This document shows positions 56,520 to 64,000 of a stretch of 64,000 nt of DNA, one piece after another. Every line of letters starts with the position of its first letter. Within the stretch, counting starts at the first letter, position 1. The notes beneath the pieces are model-generated. The model saw nothing but the letters and a program-made list of their open reading frames with translations, did no database searches and was not told where the DNA came from. The DNA is from the human T2T-CHM13v2.0 reference genome, Homo sapiens: assembly GCF_009914755.1 (NCBI RefSeq), contig NC_060932.1. One strand, 5' to 3'. Made by a program: the position numbers and the translations under genes.

Positions 56520-57469
56520 TGACCCAGGCCAGGCCTGTTACTCACTGTGTATACCTTCTGAGCTCCCTTCCAGACCTTGATACTGAATTTTCTTTTCTTT
56601 CTAAAATAGTAAGACCTTACTATACCCATCGTTCCTCATGAGTCGTCTTTTCACTTAACGGTACAACCTGGCCATCTTCTCATGTCAGTAACATCTCTCT
56701 GTTACGTTAATACTGTACCAATTCCATGGTATGGATTTTCCTTAACTACTGATGTACGTTTAAATTGTTCCCCTCCACTTTAAGGCAAATAACGCATCGC
56801 TAGAATACAGAGAATTTAGAAATCATCATAAACAATATTGATCAGAAATGGCTTCAGGGAAGAGAAAACAATATTTTAAAACACTACTAAACACAGGTCA
56901 AATCATGTTCTAACAAACAGACTTGCCCTAGGCCCCCATTGCCTGGCAGATAGATGCACAGTCCTTAGCATGGCCTGATTAAGGCTACCGCCATCTGGCC
57001 CTAACTCCATTTCAAGCTCCGCCACCCATCCTCCTGCCTGCAAGCCCTCTCTGGGTTATTTATGATTTCCTGAGCAGGCTGTGCCTTTGCTCCTGCTAGT
57101 TCCTGCCTGGAACGCTCCCTCGCCCTCTCCTCTCCCCTTCCTGCAGGCTCAAACTCCCTCCAGGAGAGCCGCTAGACACATTTACATATTAAAGGCTTAG
57201 AGAGGAGCTGCAGGCCAGGCACAGATTTAACTTCCATTCACACAGTCATCTATTTCTTCATTCAGCCGTTCTTCTCTCGCAGGATTCTTCAGTTTGCCTC
57301 CCTCTGTGCCAGCTCCAGGGACAGAAGAGGGGACAAAGCAGGTCTGGCTCCTTTTAGGGGACCCTCAGGTGGAGAGGCCACCGTTCAAAGTATTTCAACC
57401 AGGTCTTCTTGTAGCTGCACAGTGGCCATCCTGTGTCATGGATTTTCTCAGATCTGTAGTGTCCTGGAC

Positions 57470-58025
57470 TGTAGTGGTGATTTGTTTCTATTTGTCCAGC
57501 AAGCTTGATCGTCCTCCTTTTTAGAGGACACACCTGACCTCCCTCCCTCCCTCCCCCATCAGCCCTGGCCCAGGTGCCTTAGCAAAGCTTCTTCCCTGAC
57601 ACCTGGAAGCTGCGGTTTGGCCAAGGGAAGGTCACATGATCCAGATAAGGCCAGTCAGCATTCATCCCTGGAGCTGCTATTATGGACTCTGGAAGAAAGA
57701 AGTTCTTTCCACCAGAGATGCCAAGCTGGGACAGGCCTGGTAGCGAGGTAGAGAGTCTGGGAGACATGAAGCCACCACACCAAAAAAAAACAGAAAAAAA
57801 AAAAAAGCCAAGCTTCAGAGATGGGCAGAGAGAAAGGGCCACGTGGTGTTCTATCCTCAAATCAAGTCCTGAGGCGAGGCTGCAGAAGCTCACTCTCATC
57901 CTCCAAGCAGCTCCAGACTGCTTTCCAGCGGGGGGGACAGTAAAATTCTTTTTTTTTTTTTTCAATTTAACTCCTTTTGACCTGGGGTTCCACCCCTTGA
58001 AAATAAGTGTTGTGACAAATATACA
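57470..58025 (+). mobile_element. MLT1K/L-like LTR
   Basis: ttggccaagggaaggtcacatgatccagataaggccagtcag...taaattctttttt...gacaaatataca. Confidence 0.6.
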
Positions 58026-58149
58026 AACAGTTTAGCAGCTAGCCTGGTCCTTCGTATGAAAAGGGTCTGCGTTCACTGGCGTTTCCGCCTCTCTGAACTC
58101 ACCTTGCTCACCTAAATCCAGAATCAGCCTTTTTTCTGCTTCTCATGAT

Positions 58150-58480
58150 GTGCACAAGGACTTCCGCAGGTACCACCGTTTAGCTTGAAATATCTCTGCC
58201 TGGATCTTCTTGTTCCTCAAATGTGAGTTCACAGATCACCTCCACAGAAAAGCCTTGCCCAACATCAAAGGTAGCTTGCTGTGATTCTCACGGGCAGTAT
58301 CCCAGGTCATGATCCGGATGACATTCTATGTTTACTAACCTCACTGTTTGCACTGCTTTGGAAGGTGAGCTCCAGGAGACCAGGTAGTTTGCACATCTTG
58401 TTCCAGTTGTGTCTCCAGCATCCAGGATAGTGACTATCACATGGCATGAAGTCAGTAAGTATCTATCAAATGAATGAACC
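58150..58480 (+). mobile_element. L2 3' end
   Basis: gtgagctccaggagaccagg...tcttgttc...cagtaagtatctatcaaatgaatgaa. Confidence 0.7.
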
Positions 58481-58543
58481 AGCAAAGTAACAAAGGAAGG
58501 AATTAATATAAAGCAAGGAGCTTAGACTTTGAAACGGATGACC

Positions 58544-58909
58544 TATCTTACTTAGTTCGGGAAGCTGAAGAGAATGCCATAAACTGGGTGGCTTAGAAAC
58601 AACAGAAGTTTATTTTTCACAGTCTCGGAGACTCTAAGTCTGGGATCAGGGTGCCAGCGTGGTCAGGTTCCGGCAAGGACCCTCTTTCGGGTTGCAAACT
58701 GATGACTTCTCCTTGTAACCTCACACATCAGAAAGGGAGGGTGAGTGAGCTCTCTGGGCTCCTTTTTATAAGGACACTAATGCCATTTGTAAAGGCTCTG
58801 TCCTCAGGCCCTAATCACCTCCTAAAGGCTCACCTCTTAATACTATCACATTGGGGATTGGGCTTCAACATATGAATTTGGAGGGGACACAGACGTTCAG
58901 TCCGTTGCA
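58544..58909 (-). mobile_element. MLT1A0-like LTR inserted in a MIR
   Basis: ccataaactgggtggcttagaaacaacagaagtttattt...ttcaacatatgaatttggaggggacac; 5 bp TSD TGACC. Confidence 0.88.
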
Positions 58910-59134
58910 TGACCTAAGATTAAATACAAGCTCTACCACAGATCACCTTACTTTCCCCGGGGAAAAGTATTCATTTTCTGAGACTCAGTAGCACCACTTG
59001 CAATGGGGAAAATATTAATGCACAATATAGTTGTATGTATTTATGTATTTATTTAACCCCCAACAAGACTGGAATATATGAATGTTCTATGTAAACTGTG
59101 AAGTCTGACTACACGATGATGATGATGATGCTCA

Positions 59135-59335
59135 TAGCAGCTAACAATTATTAAGCACCTACTGTATTTCAGACATTGTGCTAATGGTTTTATGATGTTA
59201 ATTAATGAAACTCTGCTGTGACTGTTAAGTAGGTATTAACATACTTATTTTAACAATGAAAAGGTGAAACTGAAGCTCAGAGGTATGACTAGTATCCAGA
59301 GATCAGCTGAGAAGGTGAAGTCTGGGATTTGAACA
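59135..59335 (-). mobile_element. MIR
   Basis: atagcagctaacaattattaagcacctactgta...gaaactgaagctcagagg...gggatttgaac. Confidence 0.7.
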
Positions 59336-59564
59336 CGCTGAGCAAATGAGCGAGGGAGCTGGTGGGAGGGTTGGCCTAAGTTAAAGACACTGTTGAACTC
59401 TAGGATTCTGCAGACTTTCGAGTCAACTAGCTGCCAATCTATTCCTCCAGTGTAGCTGTGCTTCCTCTTGGCAGCTATTTAATCAGCACGCCCCCAACTC
59501 TGCACTCCAGACACCCCTGACCCTGACACTTCTGGTGAATTCTGGACACTCCATTACTGGATAA

Positions 59565-59810
59565 AGAGTGCTGTGGGGTTTAACTTGTGAGCTCTGGACC
59601 CAGAATGGCTGAACTTGAACCAGCTCTGCCTCTACCTAGCTAAATGACCTTGGGCAGGTTGATAGCCTCTCTTTGCCTCAGTTTCCCCTGGATAAAAGGG
59701 GCCATAGCAAGTCTCTCCTCATAGGGGATGTGTAAGGATTACATGAGCCAACATAATTGAAGCACACTGACTAGCGTCTGACCCAGAGTGAGCGTTCAAT
59801 AAACATTCAC
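59565..59810 (+). mobile_element. MIR
   Basis: gctctgcctctacctagctaaatgaccttgggcagg...gcctcagtttcccc...aaggattacatgag. Confidence 0.8.
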
Positions 59811-60287
59811 TATTTTAAACTGAACTATGAGGAAAGGGGGAGAAAGCAAGTTGGAATTAATAAAACATTCTGGGTTATACAACAACTTTTGGGAAATAAA
59901 CAAAGTAATCTCAAGGCCAACTCCCATAGTATAATATTCTTTTGAATACTTGCATTCATCTACTCATGAATTCATTCAGAAAAAAACATCTTATTGAGTG
60001 TGGAGAACACTCTTGTCCTTCCCCTTTTCCCACCTGAGACACATACAATTATTAGCCTGATGAATCAAGATGGAGGAAATGTGATTCATCAGAGTTCCCC
60101 TAATGAAAGAGTGATGCAGCACTGTGTCAGGATAAACCCCACAGGAGCCTTCCGGGGCAGGGATGACTCTCCAAAGGCTCTTTGTAAAAATGGCCTCCTA
60201 AGAAAGGGATGCCTTGTGCAGATGTGAACCCTTTGTTTGCAGAGAACCAGATGGGTTCATACAGGTATGTACAGGGAAAAGTGATCA

Positions 60288-60433
60288 AGCAGAGCTCATC
60301 CTTGCATAATGGAGGGGGAGACTTTGATCGTGGAACTGGGGATGGAGTCTACAAAGAGAGAGCAGAGCTCATCCCTGCATAATGGAGGGGGAGAATTTTA
60401 TCGTGGAATTGCAGATGGAGTCTACAAAGAGAG
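60288..60433. repeat. Tandem duplication, 2 x 73 bp
   Basis: 67/73 identical by manual count. Confidence 0.95.
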
Positions 60434-60530
60434 AGGAGTGTGCATGCTGGATGTTTGCGAGGGAACAGGTGGAAGGAGCAAAGGGAAAACACTTGACTCA
60501 ACCATCCATCCCAACACAAAGGCAGGGGTC

Positions 60531-60822
60531 AGAAGAAGACACACCCTCCATGCTTCTTCAAAGGGTGGGCTCCAAGGAACTGGGTGAATCTTTCAAGATA
60601 CCATTTGTTTTCCGTACAAGGAAGATTTATTATTTATTTATTTTTATTTTTTTCTTGTTTTGAGATGGAATCTCACTCTGTCGCCCAGGCTGGAGTGCAA
60701 TGGTGTGATCTTGCCTTATGCACTCAAATGTTCAAAAGCGAAAATGGGTTTTTTGAGAGGTGGTGAGCTCTCCAGCAAGGAGGGTGTTTAAGCAGGAATG
60801 GGATGCTCTCTGAGTGAATAAT
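60531..60822 (+). repeat. Left arm of the second inverted duplication (partner 61684-61890), interrupted by an antisense Alu 3' fragment at 60631-60715
   Basis: Manual alignment with the reverse complement of 61684-61890. Confidence 0.9.
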
Positions 60823-61066
60823 TTGCTTCTCATTCACCCATTTGGAAAACAGAAAAGTTGATTTGTGGTTATAATTGTGTGTAAATTGTGTGTACAATTT
60901 ACAGCCCTTTGTCCATCTGCCCTGTGAAATCTTCAAGCCAGGCTTTTCTGCAGGCAGATTATTTTAGCCCAACATGAAGATGCACCTAGCTCTGTGTCCT
61001 GGTTAGTGATGGGATGAACACCAGAACAGTTCATGTAGACAAAAAAATAATCTGAGGGTAGAAGGA

Positions 61067-61469
61067 TATTATAGACTGGATTGTGTCACCCCAAAGTTCA
61101 TATGTGGAAAGCCCAACCTTCAGTAATTCAGAATGTGATTTTATTTGGATTTAGGGCCTTTAAAGAGGTAGTTAAGTTAAAATAAGACCTTTAGGATGGC
61201 TCTAGTTTAATCAGACAGGGGTCTTTACAAAAAGAAGAGATTAGGATATATATAGAGAGACATCTAGGATGTGCTTACACAGCAAGCAAAGAAGAGAGGC
61301 CTCGAAAGAGACCAGACCTGCTGACACCTTAATCTTGGACTTCCAGCCTGCAGTACTGTGAGGCTATTAAAAATTAAATTAAAATTTAAATAAAATATTT
61401 AATAGTTTCTATTGTTTAAACCAGCCACTCTGTTGTATTTTGTTATGAAAACCCTAGCAAACTAATGCA
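61067..61469 (+). mobile_element. MLT1A/B-like LTR
   Basis: ttgtgtcaccccaaagttcatatgtggaa...cctgctgacaccttaatcttggacttccagcct...ccctagcaaactaatgca. Confidence 0.85.
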
Positions 61470-61683
61470 GAGAAGGCCACCTCTATTTTATAAGCAGGGA
61501 GTCTAAGGTTTGGTGAGATTAAGTGATTTGCCCCAAGGTAAATGAACAAAGAGGATTTTAAGCCAGGCGAGTCTGATTCCAATAATACAGTGCCTGTATT
61601 ATTTCTGCTCTCCTGCACTACTTCTTAATGTAGGATATCATGCTCAACACTATATGAAATAAAAATAGGTGAATCCCAAGTAT

Positions 61684-61890
61684 ATTATTCCCCCAGAAAG
61701 CATCCCATCCCGGCTTAAATACCTCCATTGCTAGAGAGCTCACCATCGCTCAAGCCATTCCCATTTTTGAACATCTGAGTGCATAAAAATAAATCTTCTT
61801 TATATGGAAAACAAATGTGAATTTTAGACGATTCACCCAGTTTTTTATGGCTGTCTCTTCGGAGCAGCATGGGAGAAGTATTTCTTTCTC
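61684..61890 (-). repeat. Right arm of the second inverted duplication
   Basis: Reverse complement matches 60531-60822 once the Alu fragment is removed. Confidence 0.9.
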
Positions 61891-63129
61891 TCCCCAGAAC
61901 GTCCTTCAAGTTCTCTTAGAGGGCAGTCATGTCCACATTCTGCCTTTTCTTCTCAGACAAAGCAACCACACTATTATGAAAGCATCCTTATATGACAATA
62001 ATTCCAAATTTCCTCCTTGTTATACTTAAATTAGGTTAACCGAGTTGCCTAGTCTAATTAGTAAAACCATCCTTAAAAAATGGAAAAGCATGATTTGAAA
62101 TGAGTATAACTTGGCATCTGTACCAATTCATAGGCACAGGAAATTATTCACCAACAGTTTGCCTCCTCCCTGAGCCAAAGGCATATTGGGAGTGACCGGG
62201 AGCATGGGCTTGGGCTGTCAGTGTATAAAGCGATGAAGTGAAAACCACCATCTGTCACATGGAAATGAGAGCTCCTGAGAGGTACCTGGAGAAAGCATGT
62301 TGTCTCAAAGCAGAATGACGAGTCAGGTGGCCACAAAATCGATGGGAAGAAGAGTCTAATCAAAGCCCCTGTGGCTGCCCCACCCTCCAGCACATGGTGC
62401 AGACAGGGAAGCATGCAACGCAGCACTCGAATTCCTGGGGAAGCTGGCTCTGGCTGGTGAGTTGGAACACGGTGAGGACAGGTGCCTCCCTCTGCGTCTT
62501 TCTCTTTCCCTGGCTGTCATCCCCTCACTCCAGGGTTCAAGTCATTCCAAATCATTGTCAGGCCACTTCAAGTTCCCTGCCAAGGAGAGGAAGGAAAGGT
62601 GGTGTGCCATGAGCCATGTTGGAGCCCAAAGAGAGACCAGTGACTACAGGGGTTATGGAAAAGTCACTGAAAATTTGAAGTGGTTTCAGCAAAAGGGCCA
62701 GAAGGTACAACTGGCACCACAGGACATACTGACAGTGATCACAAGTGCCAAGCGGAAAAGACAAATTTGGGTGATAAATGTGTGGGCGTCTAAGGGTCAT
62801 AATATAGCTGTGGCTATTCGATGAGAAAACCAGTGGAAGATGTGTGTTAAAATACTTTTAAGTATATCATATTCTACTTTCAAATGCATGCAAATATGCA
62901 AAGAGAGATAATAAAGGGATGCGGAGTGAAGAGTCTCAGAGAACCAGCTTTAATTAAGTTACCCAGTTAAGCATTTCTTAATGACTTCTAATGTGCCCGA
63001 ACATTTACTATTAAGTACATTAACACATTTTTCTCTCCTAAGAGCAACAAAAAGGATGAAATATTTGACAAGCTTAAAATGAATTAACACAACTTTTATG
63101 AAAACAAACAAAATAATGAACACCAAAAA

Positions 63130-64000
63130 TACTGCCCCACCACGCATTTACATCTGACAAAAGTTTATTGATGGGCATGAAGCAGATTTAAATAGAGAAC
63201 TGTAATTGTTCCCAAATAGGCATACTCAACATTGTAGTATTGTTAGTTCTTTTTAAATTAGGTGTCTACAACTCCATCCTAAATCTTAGTGTGATACGGT
63301 GAAACTTCACAAACGATTTCTGAAGTTTATCTGGGAAAAGAATAAACACAGGAACTAGCCCAGGTATTTTGAAAAAAGAGAACAACAAGGGTAGCTTGCC
63401 TTTCCAGGTAGCAAATGTCTTAAGCCTCAAATAATTTAAGCAGTGTCATTCTGTTATAAAAATAGACAGAAAACTAAAATATAATAGAAATCCACAAAAA
63501 GACTAAATTACATAAAGTTTCAGAATATTAAAGAGTAGCATTTTAAATTAGCAGGTAAGTACAAGAATAGTAATTAAAGAATTATTTGAAACAATACGTT
63601 TTAGAGAAAAGCCAACTGAGATCCTCATCTAATACTACAGAAAGCTAATTGCAGATAGATTAAAACATTCAATATATTTTTAATGTAGTCATATAAGTAC
63701 CAGAAGAACGTGTAAGTTCATAGTTTAAAAAAAAAACCTCATAGCAGTGGACTTTATAAAGTAAGAAAAGAATGGTTAAAATATTACAAAGGAAAATAAA
63801 TTTTACTAATTAAAGCTTTAACTTTCTATATTTCAAGAAAATAAAATTAACAGATAAAGGAAAACCACAGTAATACTGGCGCTTCCCATGAGACATGGGA
63901 ATAAAGCCTATAAATACCAATAAATATTCACTGAAAGCATAAAAGTTGGAAAAATCTGTGGACTGAAATCATACCTTTATTTACTCTGTCATTAGCATGA
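63130..64000 (+). mobile_element. Highly diverged L1M ORF2-end remnant
   Basis: actcaacattgt, gatttctgaagtttatctgggaaaag, cttgcctttccagg, aaaaatagacaga motifs; A-rich. Confidence 0.55.

Noticed and set aside
62462-62824. 120 aa ORF in apparently unique sequence
   Set aside because: No recognisable homology and a non-ATG start; length is within chance expectation. BLASTP/PhyloCSF would settle it.

Overview
Primate (human-like) non-coding genomic DNA, intergenic or deep intronic. About 20 Alus (J, S and Y types, most with readable target-site duplications), old L1M/L1PB, L2 and MIR fragments, MaLR LTRs (MLT1, THE1D), ERV1 MER4-group solo LTRs, two decayed ERVL-class proviral remnants with recognisable pol/integrase/dUTPase motifs, and DNA transposon fossils (MER1A, MER5, MER20, MER58, MER63, Tigger1). 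I recognise no protein-coding exon, tRNA, rRNA, CRISPR array or CpG island. The listed ORFs are repeat-derived or chance. The most unusual content is a set of short local copy events of different ages. These are two ~200-260 bp inverted duplications (13.4/14.9 kb and 60.5/61.7 kb), a ~120 bp structured direct repeat nested in the first, two ~45-50 bp templated insertions copied from 1.3-1.8 kb away, an inversion splitting a MER1A, an iterative micro-insertion, and a near-perfect 3 x 156 bp tandem array. There is also one consensus CTCF motif. Repeat subfamily names come from recalled consensus sequences, not a database search, and boundaries of old repeats are approximate.
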